Source: Macrostomum hystrix (taxonomy: Eukaryota > Animalia > Platyhelminthes). From it: 64,000 nt of DNA. The stretch spans positions 8,804,001 to 8,868,000 of the forward strand of contig CATNEN010000038.1 in NCBI GenBank assembly GCA_950097015.1. Direction: 5' to 3'. Shown here piece by piece: positions 24,001 to 36,160 of the stretch. The notes beneath the pieces are model-generated. The model was not told where the DNA came from. It saw nothing but the letters and a program-made list of their open reading frames with translations, and made no database searches. How positions within the stretch are numbered: position 1 is the first letter of the stretch; every line of letters starts with the position of its first letter. The position numbers were made by a program, and so were the translations under genes.

Positions 24001-26754
24001 CCAGTCAGTCATTCAGTTGGTCATCATCCTACACCAGTCAGTCAATCAGTTGATCCTCATTCAGATTTTTATTAACCCTACCTATTCTATTCTATTCTAC
24101 TCTTTTCGATTAAAATTCAAGTTCCACTCCTTAGCTTTTTATGAACTCAGCAGTAAACAATGCCGGGGTTGTTACAAGCAGACTATCACGCTAACAAAAC
24201 TAAAAGCTAAATTCAGGACACAAAATACACTGCGCTTACAAAAGCAACAGAGTACATCGTATGAAACTTGAAAATAAGAAAATTACAGATTAGAGTCCGC
24301 TGACGCGTCACAGAAGCAGACTTTATCTGTAAGTCTAACCTGAGCAAAAAATGACTGCTCTGCCCTCGCAAGCCGACAGTCGCCAGTTGTCAATAAACAG
24401 CTCGGGAAGCTAGGTCACGTGTCTAAATTTGAGCACAAGATCTCTAATCTAGGGATAAAGAAAACTGCAGGGAACGAGGAACTCGAGAGAGAAAGAGAGA
24501 GAGAAAGGTCAGAAAGTCGAGAGAATCGAGATGAAATCTTAATTATTTTTTTGTAAAGAAAGAAACTACCTAGCTACGTGTAGACTGCGTAGCTTGCTTC
24601 TGTGAGAATTACTACTTTAGTAAGAAAAGTTAATAAATTTTCAAATGCTAAAGTAAACAGACAAGAGTCAGTTTTTCAGCAACTGAATCTTTAACAGAAA
24701 ATAAATTTGTCTAGAAAACTCAAGGCAAGAGACTATAACGTGACACAATAGTGATCAAACGCGCCTCTATTCTCCGACGACTCGAAACACTTCTCCGACA
24801 ACTCAAACGCTTCTCTAACGACTTCAAAGCGTCTTAAACGACTCAAATGCTTCTGTAACGACTCAAACGCTTCTTAAACGACCTAAATGATTCTTAAACG
24901 ACCTAAATGATTCTTAAACGACTTAAATGCTTCTGTAACGACTCAAACGCTTCTTATACGACTTAAACACTTCCATAACGATTCAAACAATTCTATAACG
25001 ACTTAAACAATTCTATAACGACTTAAACAATTCTATAACGACTTAAACAATTCTATAACGACTTAAACAATTCTATAACGACTTAAACAATTCTATAACG
25101 ACTTAAACAATTCTATAACGACTCAAACGCTCTCTAACGACTCAAACGCTCTCTAACGACTCAAACGCTCTCTAACGACTCAAACGCTCTCTAACGACTC
25201 AAACGCTCTCTAACGACTCAAACGCTCTCTAACGACTCAAACGCTCTCTAACGACTCAAACGCTCTCTAACGACTCAAACGCTCTCTAACGACTCAAACG
25301 CTCTCTAACGACTCAAACGCTCTCTAACGACTCAAACGCTCTCTAACGACTCAAACGCTCTCTAACGACTCAAACGCTCTCTAACGACTCAAACGCTCTC
25401 TAACGATTCAAAACGCTTTTCTGAGCGACCACGCACTTTTTGAACGAATAAATCATTTTTCTCACAACCTGACGATGACTGTTCACACAAACAGTTTACT
25501 TATAAGTACAACAGTCATATAAAGTACATTTAGCACCATCATAGATTCCCACCTGCTAAACATAAAGTAGCCAACCTGGCAAAGACGCGGATAAAAAAGC
25601 ACTAACCGTTTCGTTCAGCGTCCGGCGATGCCGCATGCTGTGCAGGGCGTCCCACGCAAGCCGATATCGCTCGGGCAGGGCCGAATAGGCCAGGTCTGCC
25701 ATGCCAGCAGGGCAGGCCAGCGGAGTCTCCAGCAGCATTCGGTAGTTGCAGACACTGGACTCCAGCACCGAGGCCAGCCTAGATGCGTTGGCGCAGCGCA
25801 GGTGCACTAGAGTCCGCCTGCGCTGCGGCCAGTTGGGCGCAGAGTCTCGACTGCCGCGCTGGCTAGGGCAGGGCTCGCCGTTCGGCATCGCCATGGCAAC
25901 AAGGCGGCTGTCGCTGGCGTTGCTTGTGTCAATTTGCCAGCCGTCCCAGACGCTTTTTTAATGAACACATCAACAAAGTCGTTAGAGAAGTGTTTGGGTC
26001 GCATAAGAAGCGTTTGAGTCGCTATAGAAGCGTTTGAGTCGTTAGAGAAGCTTTTGAGTCGTTACAGAAGCGTTTGAGTCGTTACAGAAGCGTTTGAGTC
26101 GGTAGAGAAGCGTTTGAGCCGTTAGAGAAGCGTTTGAGTCTTTAAAAAAGGGTTTGAATCGTTTAAGAAGCTTATAAGTCGTTTAAGAAGCGTTTGAGTC
26201 GTTTAAGAAGCGTTTGAATCGTTAAAAAGGCGTCTGAGTCGTTAAAAAAGCGTGTGAGTCGTTAGAGAACCTTATGAGTCATTAGAAAAGCTTCTGAAAT
26301 GACTTACTAACGTTGCCTGTACTATTTTTATCGGGCTGACCATAAGAAATTTAAATTAACAATTCGATACTAACCCAATAACGCCGTGAAAGCCACTTAG
26401 CAGGTGATAGGACCCATCGCGCTGAGTGGCATTGTCGAACGGGCACAGGCGGTACTCGTACTGCCCAATGTTGGTGGCGAAGCAGCGGCCAAGCAGGCCG
26501 GTCACCAGGTGAGACGGGCCGCTGGGCGGCTTTGCCGGCACCGTCTTGACTGGCTGCTGCTGCTGCGGTTGAAAAGCTGAACGAGGGCTGTTTAGCATTT
26601 TAATTGGTATCATCGTGCCGATGGCATTGTTTGCCGCAGTTGCTGGCAAAGCGCCAGAGGACAGGACAGATGGAATCCAAGCGCAAAGTGTAGCCATAAA
26701 CAGTAGAAGCTCAGCAGTCAATGTGAGGCCAGCACATGTGTTGGCAGCACACAT
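21078..26754 (-). CDS. GNPTG: GlcNAc-1-phosphotransferase gamma subunit-like (MRH/PRKCSH domain); exons 26754-26375, 25952-25607, 22143-21976, 21173-21078
   Basis: Signal-like N-terminus; PSGPSHL..GRCF..YEYRLCPFDNATQ, GVIG|VWDGWQI, GEPC, ESSVCNYRMLLETPLAC, YSALP..WD, SYQLLLTNLLFRANLL are colinear with GNPTG; exon phases 2,0,0 consistent; last exon less certain. Confidence 0.85.
21290..21970. repeat. Intronic minisatellite, 28/29-bp unit (ggggtaatgactgatgttctgaggaact)
   Basis: Tandem periodicity. Confidence 0.95.
22205..22665. repeat. Intronic minisatellite, 21-bp unit (aacaggaaactgatcttgtct)
   Basis: Tandem periodicity. Confidence 0.95.
23275..23628 (-). mobile_element. tRNA-derived SINE, family B
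   Basis: Head with B box (gttcgattcc) then gcggcgaggccaca..acttacgccc..gagaaagtcagggcagatgtacacacctgtg; (ATT)n tail; related copies at 35840, 57750 and 62985. Confidence 0.82.
23632..24052. repeat. Minisatellite, 33-bp unit (ggtcatcatcctacaccagtcagtcattcagtt)
   Basis: Tandem periodicity. Confidence 0.96.
24770..25420. repeat. Minisatellite, 19/20-bp unit (aacgactcaaacgctctct family), GNPTG intron 2
   Basis: Tandem periodicity with three sub-blocks. Confidence 0.95.
25975..26295. repeat. Minisatellite, 20-bp unit (gagtcgttagagaagcgttt), GNPTG intron 1; reverse complement of the 24770 array
   Basis: Tandem periodicity; reverse complement aaacgcttctctaacgactc matches the 24770-25420 units. 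Confidence 0.93.
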
Positions 26755-27310
26755 TTTTAGTGCCTGCAAATTGCAGAAAGTAAATCATACATTTAACTTT
26801 ACCTGATTGATTAAAATACACACAGCTGGACGTACTTCACTTACACCTAGGTCACTACAAGGTCAGTTAGTAAGATAAGCAGCTCCTGAGATTTCAGTTT
26901 TACTTACAGCAGTTTACATTCTTATTTTCATGAATATTTCCATGCCGATAGCAAATATTTGTTTATCTATAGAAAGTACACTAGAGTTGAGACAAAACCA
27001 CTTTGCCCGATCAGGCGAGGATGGAACAAAGAGGCCTTTGTATTATCAATTTATGAGCGCAGAAAATTGTCATATACATTATACTTCAGACATAATGTTG
27101 CATAGCTACTCAAAAAATGGACAGACTAAGCCAATTTAATTGCTAGTTTCTGGTTGCATAATATCATTAAACTAAATTATCAAAACCTAAGTACCATTTA
27201 TTAATCAATCACTTAATTAAGTGATTAAATCACATATTTACCTAAGATGTGAATCTCAATGAAGTTATTATTATTCTTTGAATAAGGTTTAGTCTTAGGT
27301 AAATTTAGCT

Positions 27311-27630
27311 GAGGTTGTAGCCTAGTGGTTAGGGCGTCGGACTCATGACTTGAAGGTCGGAGGTTCGATTCCCGACTCCACTGGAACAATTTGCGCACTT
27401 TAGCAAGACACTTAACTCTGCATTGCTTCAGTTCACCGAGCTGTTAAATGGGTACCAGCATCAGCTGGGATAATTGAAGGTGGGTGTGGCGTCCCCCCAG
27501 TCCGTGGACTGAACAGCTATATGCAGCATTCAGATACGCTGCGCATTAGCTGCGGCTGTGCTGTCGGCTGCACATCTGACCCAATTGGGGCAGGTGTAAT
27601 CAATTATTATTATTATTATTATAATTATTA
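27311..27630 (+). mobile_element. Full-length tRNA-derived SINE, family A, with a CORE-like central domain
   Basis: A box tagcctagtggttagg, B box ggttcgattcc, central ctttagcaagacacttaactctgcattgcttcagttcaccgagctgttaaatggg, (ATT)n tail; multiple copies in the window. Confidence 0.9.
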
Positions 27631-30600
27631 CCTAAAAACAGAATCCCCAAGTACCATTCTCATTTATAATGACTTTGTTCAAGTTCATGTACTTCTATTA
27701 GATATTATAGATAGGCCTATATCCAAAAAATGGACAACAGTTTTTCATCCCTAAAAATTTCAGACTGACAAGAATCATTAAACTTTTATCAGAATTTATT
27801 TCATGTTAAGGGATCTATAAAGCAAAAGTCAACCAAAATGAACAAAAGTGAAACTACCATTGCACCTAATAGCCCATATGAGATATTTTAACATATTCTA
27901 TGCCAATAAATATTGGTAACATATTTGAAAATTAAACAGACATAAATTGCTTTTTTATAAATTATAGCTATTTAAGTTTGTTTTATACAAAGTTTTTATA
28001 ATATCCATTACAGTCATTAGACAGAAAATTAGGGTTCTGATTAACATATAAAAAAGCATTTTGTGGGATTAATATGTACATGAGTACATTAGCCATACAA
28101 AAAGAAAATTATTAATGTACAAAATTTTTTTTACTAACAATGACAATGAGGTAATCATTAATTGTTTTATATATAATTAAGTAAATAAGAGTTAACTACA
28201 TAAACATATTTAAATATTTAAATATTTTCCATATAAAATTCTACCAAACTTTTATAGATATTGTAAATTACTAAGTAGTTTTTAATGAAATATATAAATT
28301 AAAATTCTTATTCTTAAAAATGGTTTACTAAAGTTTACATATAATGCATTAAATGACATTTTTCAATGAATTAGCTTGAGTTAATTTGAATGCATGTGTT
28401 GCATGTACCATTCAACTTAATATGTTTCTCTGAGTTAAAGTGTCTTTAATTTTTTAGGTAAAAATCAAAACCTGACTAAAGAGTCAGGACTAATTAAATT
28501 TTTACTCATTTATTATACTTGTCCAGGTGTTTTGATTTTTATGAGTGATTGGTAGGCCTAGCATATATGTATCTGATATGCCCAAGAGCTAAGCTGCTGA
28601 AATATTTTCAATTCACCTCTATTCTATCTACGTCTAGCTTAATGAATATTATTGTTATCTTCAATTATTATCTTTAGCAGAAAGGCAAATTAGGAATTGC
28701 TATTTCTAAGAAATTTCTAAAAAAGAAAATCTGGGAAATCGACTATCTTTTCCTGATATTGCACTCACTTTAGATGTTATGCTCTCAATCAGATTATATT
28801 TGGATGGTCTCAAAGCAAACAATCACAAAGATGAAGACTCACTATAAAATTACCAAGAGAAGGTGTTTCCCAAACACAAGTGTTTAATGGTTACTCATGG
28901 ATCCTTTTGTTAGTTCACAACTGGTGGAATATGGTTTCAAATTAAATATCAGATAGGAGTTCCAGGAATTCTAATCTCAATGAAGTTATTATTATTCTTT
29001 GAATAAGGTGTAGTCTTAGGCTTAGAGCTGGCCAGGGATAGCAATGGCTAGCAAAAGAGAGTAAATGGATTAGGTCAACTGCAGCTGGCTTCAATTAAGG
29101 AAAAGCTCGTGCAAAAGGAGGTAGTGAGAAGGGTGGAAAAGGTTTGGAAAATGTTTGGCAAACACTTTCTCTCAATGCAAGAGCTTTTATATTATTTGAT
29201 CAAAAGGCTGTCATTCAACAGGAGTTTCTAAGCAAATCCTATAGCTCTTGCAAAGGCATTTTCACATAAGAGAAAAAACTGAATATTTTTTGGTTTTCAT
29301 AAGCACATATAGATATAAATTGCATGAGTTAAATAGTAACACTTCACTGCCAAGCCATAGGACCTAAAAATATATGAAATTCATGAATTTAATGCTTGCA
29401 CTTAATTTTATATATACTTTTATTATGGTACTTAACTGAAATAAAAAAACTGATCTGGTATATAGTGTACAATATACATTAAGATGTATGTTTCATATGT
29501 TTCATAATGTTTCATACAATCTATACTCTGGATCATGTAGTTTATAGAAAGCATAAAAAATTTGTAGGCCTAGCCAAAATAAATTTAGAATAGTTGGTAT
29601 GAAAAGTCAGTATCAGTGTTGTGACATATAATTCGACCAATTTATATAAGTAAACTGGTTACTTGTTTAAAAAATAAGTACAAAAACTGTGTAAAAGCAT
29701 CAAAGATAAAGACAGACTAATAGGTAGCTTAGTAGCTAGGCCTAGCTACATGTATAATTGTTGTAATGTTGTTGTCAAAAGTAAACATAAAGTGATAAAC
29801 GTTATGTAAGATTTTATGGATTTTAGTATTCATACATATAATTAATAGTGATTAGGGCCTATTTCTGCTTTAGTTTTTACTCTTAGTGATAGTCATGTTG
29901 AATTCCAGTTGTTTTGGCCATATGCAGTTTTAGCCATATCCACTTTGGCCAAAAGCCATTTCAGCCATAGTAGTTTTGGCCAAAAGCCAGATGAACATAG
30001 TAATGCTACATTATTCTACCAAATCGGCAGCCAATTCCATGGCAGTAAATACTTTAATTTAGTGCAATGCTCAGCTTATTTCAGTTTGAAACCTCTTTGA
30101 CACTGGCATTGCTTTAAATAGCACACTTTAATATAGGATATCAAAATAGCTCAGGTACTAACTTAAACAGTATCAGGATAAATCATTATTCATAAGTCAT
30201 CCCAAGTTAAATCATAAACTGTAAGCTTATTTTATTTGGTTTGGTCTTGTATCACTGTATCAGATAGGCCTATAGTTTTTAAAACAGCTCTTGCAACTTG
30301 CAAGGAAAGGACAACAATAAAATAAATTTCTCGCTTTTTTAATAAGTTCACTAGGGGCCTAAGATGCCTTTTGGGTCCCATAACAGTTTATTTAAGACCT
30401 TTTTAGTATCTTTGTGCCCGTTATCGTCACATCTAGAGCGTTATAGCTAATTATCCAATTGTTCAATTGTCAGCTTTGATTTTGCCCCAGTAAATTACAA
30501 TAGCACGATATTAAATGGTATTAAAATAACATGGTAAATTTCAAACATACGAATATAGCTTCGCAATATACTAAAAAGCACAGAGAAGTTCGTAAAAAGT

Positions 30601-31738
30601 ACAACTAATAATGTACGTTTTAGGTACGAAACGTTCTTTGATTTTTTATGTTAAACATGTACCTAATTTATTAAATATTTGACTACAAATACTGACTTAG
30701 AGCAAGCATTTATTTAATATACTTTAAACTAATTAAAAAGGCAAAACTAAAAGGGTTTTTATACTCAGATGTTTCTACTAAAAACTACTCTAAGTTTAAA
30801 TGCGCTATGTCGTTTCAAAGTAAAGCAGTTAGAAATTTATTAACCTTTGACCCTTCATTACCATTATGCCGTCACGGCAAGCCTTCGCCCCTTGAAGATC
30901 AACGACAGTCAACTTTGCGCCCGCCGCCTGACCCCAGTACAGCTGAATCCAGCTGCTTCTGGTTAAGCCCGACTCAATGTATTTGCTATTTTGCTTTTGA
31001 CCGCATGCAGCTGCATAATTTCCCCCCGTCATTTTTCTATCTCAATAAATTATCACCGGTGTGGAGCCATTGCTCGTGGGTTTATCGAATCGTAAAATCT
31101 GATACTTTTATGTTTTACAACTAGTTCTACAAAATAATTTAACAATAAATTACGATTTAGGTGTCTCCTCTTAATATAACAGCACGCGCCGTCGATAACC
31201 GCTAGGCCGAATAAAGGGCGGATGGTAAGTCTGAGGTTAGAATTTGGGGCCCGAGGGATAGACGTCTCCAATTGATTGAAGACGTGCAAAGACGTGAAGC
31301 TCCTGAAGCTACAGCAGAGTGAAGAACCTGAAATATACATGGTAGGGTTACTGCCACATGGTCAAAAGGTCGATTGTTTCGAAAGACTTCTCTCGCCTTT
31401 GACATAAATAGAAAAAATAACCCTAATTTAAACGGCACGAGATGCTGCTTTAAAATCCTAGATTCGCCAAGTAATAGGGCAACTTTTTCATTCGCTTTTT
31501 CATCGGTTGTAGTGCACATCTTGTGTTCCTCTGTGGTCGCCAAGAATTGTCACTACGCAAGAAACTGCACAAGTGCATGAGAAAATCTGTATTCTTTCTG
31601 AATACATCTTCGCGAAAAGCATTCATCGTACGTTGTATTCTTGAAATGACGAACACAGAAATTCTGTTTTGTAATAAGTTGATAAATAATCGCTATTGGG
31701 AAACGCTCGTCGGCAGTCGGCTTGGCGGTAGCGTGCCT

Positions 31739-32409
31739 TGACTTACTTGACTTAGCGGCAGGGAGCCTCCATGACGGACGCAGCGAGGAGGCGGCCGGTG
31801 CCGCCCATATCGCTAACCCCTGGCAGCCGGACGGCCTCCAGTGAGGCGGTGCCGCTTAGGGTGGTCCGTCGGTCGGTTCCGCCGCGTGATCTCCCTCGCC
31901 ATAGGCTGGGAAGAAATCAGCTCGGCCGGTATCGCGGAGGAAGTGGGCGAGCTGTGGAATGCTATCGGGCGAGCAGGCTTCGACTAGGGTCGGCACCGGC
32001 CCGAGATGTTTTAGCCTAGCCCGGGTGAAGGCCGGGCAGTGGCAGATGAAATGCTCGGCGTTTTCACGTCCGGAGCAGCAGAAGGGACACGTTTCCTCAG
32101 GCACGTGGCCTTGGAGGTAGCGGTGTCTGGTGAAGCAGCCATGTCCCGAGAGGGCCATGGTGACTGCTCTCAGGTCTCTGCGATTTAGCCTAAGCAAGGC
32201 TTTACGCAGGTTACTAGAGGGGGTTGGCACCGCAGCCCTGGACTGGCGACAGTTCAGGGTGCTAGACCACCTCCTTCGGTGTTGGGTCTCCATCCAGCGT
32301 TGATGTTGGAGTTTACCACAGAAATAGGGATCGGGGCCTCCGGGCCCGGGCCCATCAGGGAGCTGGCTGCTCCAGCCTTTGCAAGCTGGTCCGCCATCTC
32401 ATTCCCTGT
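31739..32409 (-). mobile_element. 5'-truncated non-LTR retrotransposon (RNase H-bearing, I-group/LOA-like) with a 14-bp target-site duplication
   Basis: [13 protein letters not shown] (RNase H end), [18 protein letters not shown] zinc-binding motif, taagtcaag-repeat tail; TSD gcggtagcgtgcct at 31725-31738 and 32410-32423. Confidence 0.9.
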
Positions 32410-33983
32410 GCGGTAGCGTGCCTGTTGGTATTATATTTCCGGCGACAAAGGTCTTGGTTGTTTTCACGCGTCGGAGGGGTTAATTCTATTTATAGCACAG
32501 AGCGCGAGCGGTAGAATTTCTAGAATCTTTTCCATACAAGGCAAAAAGAGGGATCAGAAAAGATTCAGGAAATTATAATAAACTTAAGCATTAACATAAG
32601 TAAGAGCTTCTAGAAATTTCCTTCCGGAATTAGTAACGAAACCCCACAACACATCCTACGTCTCTCTAAATAAAATTTTATCCGCGCAGAGGTGCCGAAT
32701 ACCAATACGTTAAGAATGTGGCGTCTTTTTTAATCTTTTTTTAATACTTGCACGATTAGTTTTGAAACTAAGAATTCATCAAGAACTCATTATAATAAAA
32801 AATAACCTTTTAATTAACCAAGTTCAAACCGAAATTAAATTTTAAAACGTGTCAAAGTTGTTGCATCAATTGGTCGATGTTTTGGTACTATAGAGTCTAG
32901 CAAACTGAAATGCCGTCACTTTTTACCGTCACAAACGATCAAAGCAGTGTTCTGATTCCAAATGTCCATAAATAGATCCAATAACTGCAACTGCGACAGC
33001 AATTTACTGTATTTCGGACACTAGGGCCACTTATTTTTATTGTAGTGGCACTTGTTACGAATTTAGGCAAGTTACAATTCGTAATCGTATCGGACATTGT
33101 GCAACTGCATGTGCAGACAATCGAACGGTAGAGTGAAAAATCTGCGAATGAAACTCATTTCCACATTAGGCCGGTGACTACTGACGTAGTAATTAAGCAC
33201 CTTTTCTATTGCTTCCTGATTTTTCCGACACTAGTCCACTAGCTTGTTCATCATTCACATTGAAACTATTCGGTTGCAAAAGCATCACTCGCAAGCAGTT
33301 GCAGTCCGGTTCAGCAGCACCCGGCCATGCGGCTGTGAGTTGGCGCCGGCTGCTGCTGCACAGTCGAAGCCGCTGCAGAAGGAGCCACCGCCTCCTCCTC
33401 CTCGGCTAGGATCGCTCCCGGTTCCTCCGCCGCTGAAGCCGCCGCGGCCTCCGCTAGAGCCGATACGAGACGCGCTGCAGCAGCCGGCACCACCACCGCC
33501 TCCTCCGAAGCCGCCATCGCCCGTCATAGGTGCGATGCAGCCAGAGCTGCGAGCTCCTCCGAGCCAGCCGTCGACGCGGCTCAGCCCGGGACCTCCGAAG
33601 TCCGAGTTGCTGTTCGGGACAGCCGAAGCGATCCAGCCAGCGCCGGGGCCGCCAACGGAGAACTCCAAGTTCATGACTGCTCTTGGCGACACTAGACCCG
33701 GCCCTCCGCTGCCACCGAGACCGAGATAGTTCAGCAGAGTGACACTCAGAGGGCTGGAGTTGGTGCCGTTGGTTCCATTGATGCCTCCATCAATGCCTGG
33801 ATGTCAAGGTCGAAATCGCACAATGAAGAATTCATTAATGTCGTATAAAAGTTATCTGCGAGTCCTGCACTATGTCAGCTGGCAAGCTTTCGATGATAAG
33901 CTCTAGAGTGCATGTGAATCTTGTGGATACTTTAGGTTGGCGAATATAAGAATAATTTAGTGCTGTTTACTTACAATTAAGTA

Positions 33984-35040
33984 TACGAGGGTCATGTCAA
34001 AAGTTTCAGCAATCAGCTAATAATTTTCAACTTTAAGGTTTCAGAACAAATAACAGTTTAAAATCCTTTAAAGTAATATCCGCTGGCTCCCAGCGGGTTG
34101 GCAGCTTCTGGATTCCATCGGCGGCTCCTGAAGTGCACAGCTCTTTCGGAATGTGGCCGACCTCCTTGAAAAGGCAGTGATAGCGGCGCCCTCGGAGCTG
34201 GTTCTTGAGTTTCGGGAAGAGGTCAAAGGTCCTGCACAATGCGCCCTGTGTGCGAAATGGCATTGTCGTGCAGAAGAAGAGGACCCAGTGCCATCGTCTG
34301 TGGGCGCTTCTTGCGCAAGGCTGGCCGAAGATGGTTTATGATAAAATTGCGATAAAATTGTTGGCTGATCTTTTTGCCCCTCGGGAACACGGTGGATAAG
34401 AACGATGCCGAACATGTCGTAACATATGCGATGATCATCATCTTGTTGGCTCCTCTGCAGCGCCGCAGAACCAATGGCCTTGATGCTCCAGCAGTGGTGC
34501 TCGATTGCCACTCCGAGTTCTGGCTCGTGAGGTTTGGCTCATGCGAACAGGCCCAGGTTTCATCAAGAGTCACAATGCGCTCCAGGAAGGCCGAGCCCTT
34601 TTGCCTGAAGCGACACAGAAGCTGCCGCGCTGTTGCGATTCCTGCCTTGGGCTCTTCTGTGAGATGGTGCTGCACCCACCTGGCTGTGACCTTCCGAAGT
34701 ATAAGGTCTTGCGTGAGGATCCGATGTATGCTTGACGAGGGAATGCCGGACAGCTCAGCCATTTCTTCACATGTCCAGCAGATCTTGGATCAATTCGACA
34801 TTCGAGTCTGAGCACGCTTCCTTTGGTCTTCCAGACGCGGGTCGTCTTCAATGTCAGAGCGCCGATTCTTGAACCGATTATACCAGTTATACACGGCCCG
34901 CTGACTCATTGCATTCGGTCCATGTGCCTGCAACAACTGACGAGCACTTGTGCTGCTGGAACTCCCCGAAGACACTCAGTTTTAATGTAAGCGCGCTGTT
35001 CCAACTCTGACTTAATCTCCGTTTTTGCTTTGCCGGCTGA
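33984..35040 (-). mobile_element. Decayed mariner-family transposon in an intron
   Basis: TA+cgagggtcatgtcaaaagttt terminal sequence; frameshifted transposase AVYNWYNRFK..DDPR, RKVTARWVQHHLT, IVTLDETW, LLHDNA; the other TIR was not found. Confidence 0.9.
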
Positions 35041-35834
35041 TTTCTGATTAAACAGCTCACAAAAATGTTGCAGGGACTACTTTTTTTAAGGTACCGAGCT
35101 TAAATTTTCAATTCAATTCCATAGCGCTTTAGTTGACACGGCCTAAAATGGGTAGCATTTTCAGCTGGGTCGGAATTTTTATGGGTGTCGCCGTCTTCCC
35201 AGACCACGGTCTTTTAAGCTGGTCGCAGCTGCTTGTGAAGCAACTATTTCTCTATTTCTCTCATCTTTCAACCATAAAACAATCTGTTTAGCGTCAAATC
35301 AGTGATGCAAAATAAACAAGCGGCTCTTCATGCTAATTTTTTATTTCTGAATTCTCACCATCGAAATAGCCGGCGCCGCCACCGCCTCCAGCTGCCAGTA
35401 GAAGCTGCGGACTGCCGCCGCTTCCGATGATGTACACGAAGCTGCCACCGCCACCTCCTGAGCCAAAATTGCAACCAGTCTTACCTCCTGCCTGGCCCGC
35501 AACAACTTCGAGTCGAGAGCGAAGCGAAGTTTTCAGCTGCAAAGGCGCGCCTACCAGCTAGAACGCCACTCTTGGTGCTTGAACCGCCCTGTGCTCCGAA
35601 AGCCTCGATTCTGTAGCAGCCCGTGACGTTGATAGCAACATTCTGGACGACTCCTAACCTGCCGTGCTGCTGTCTGCAATGATTTGTTTGGTTCGCAAAT
35701 TACTACCTAGCTGGTGTACGCTTCGCGGCTCCAGAAGCTACATTACCAAACTGTCATGAACTTCAATTGAAGGCAGACAAAAAACTCGTCGATTCAGAGT
35801 ACCAAGGTAAAAATGGATCCGTTTGAAAACTTGG

Positions 35835-36160
35835 CACTAGGGTGCTCTCCATAGTGTTTGCCTCTAGCACCAAGGTCCATCAGCTCGATTCCGCATCGAG
35901 GCCACACTATTTTGTGCCGCAACAGCGGAGGGTAGACTCGGTAACATGTCTAACAACTTACGCCCTTTAGTTCCAGACTTCAAGGGCAGTGAGAGTGATC
36001 TCAGTGCCTTATGATGAGTAAGTCAGCGCATATGTACAAACATGTGTGAGTATGTGCCTGCGTAAGGTATCATAGTGCGTGTTTGCCTATGGTCTACTGT
36101 CACCTGATGATGTGCTATTGTGCACAGCATCCTGCAAATAGTAGTACTAATATTATTTTC
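35835..36160 (+). mobile_element. SINE family B copy (diverged)
   Basis: tttgcctctagcaccaaggtcc..ctcgattccgc..gaggccaca..acttacgccc..atgtacaaacatgtgtgag shared with the 23275-23628 copy. Confidence 0.7.

Noticed and set aside
1174-24271. Repetitive ORFs at 1174-1711, 3410-4362, 13144-14166, 21262-21902, 22188-22934 and 23551-24271
   Set aside because: Translations of intronic or intergenic minisatellites
27311-27385. tRNA-Met-like sequence (CAT in the anticodon position), also near 2290-2360
   Set aside because: Continues into a shared SINE body and tail; these are SINE heads, not tRNA genes
30807-31741. Cluster of short ORFs on both strands
   Set aside because: No recognisable motifs or consistent exon chain
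33209-33729. Proline-rich plus-strand ORF of 161 aa
   Set aside because: Antisense shadow of the glycine-rich exon
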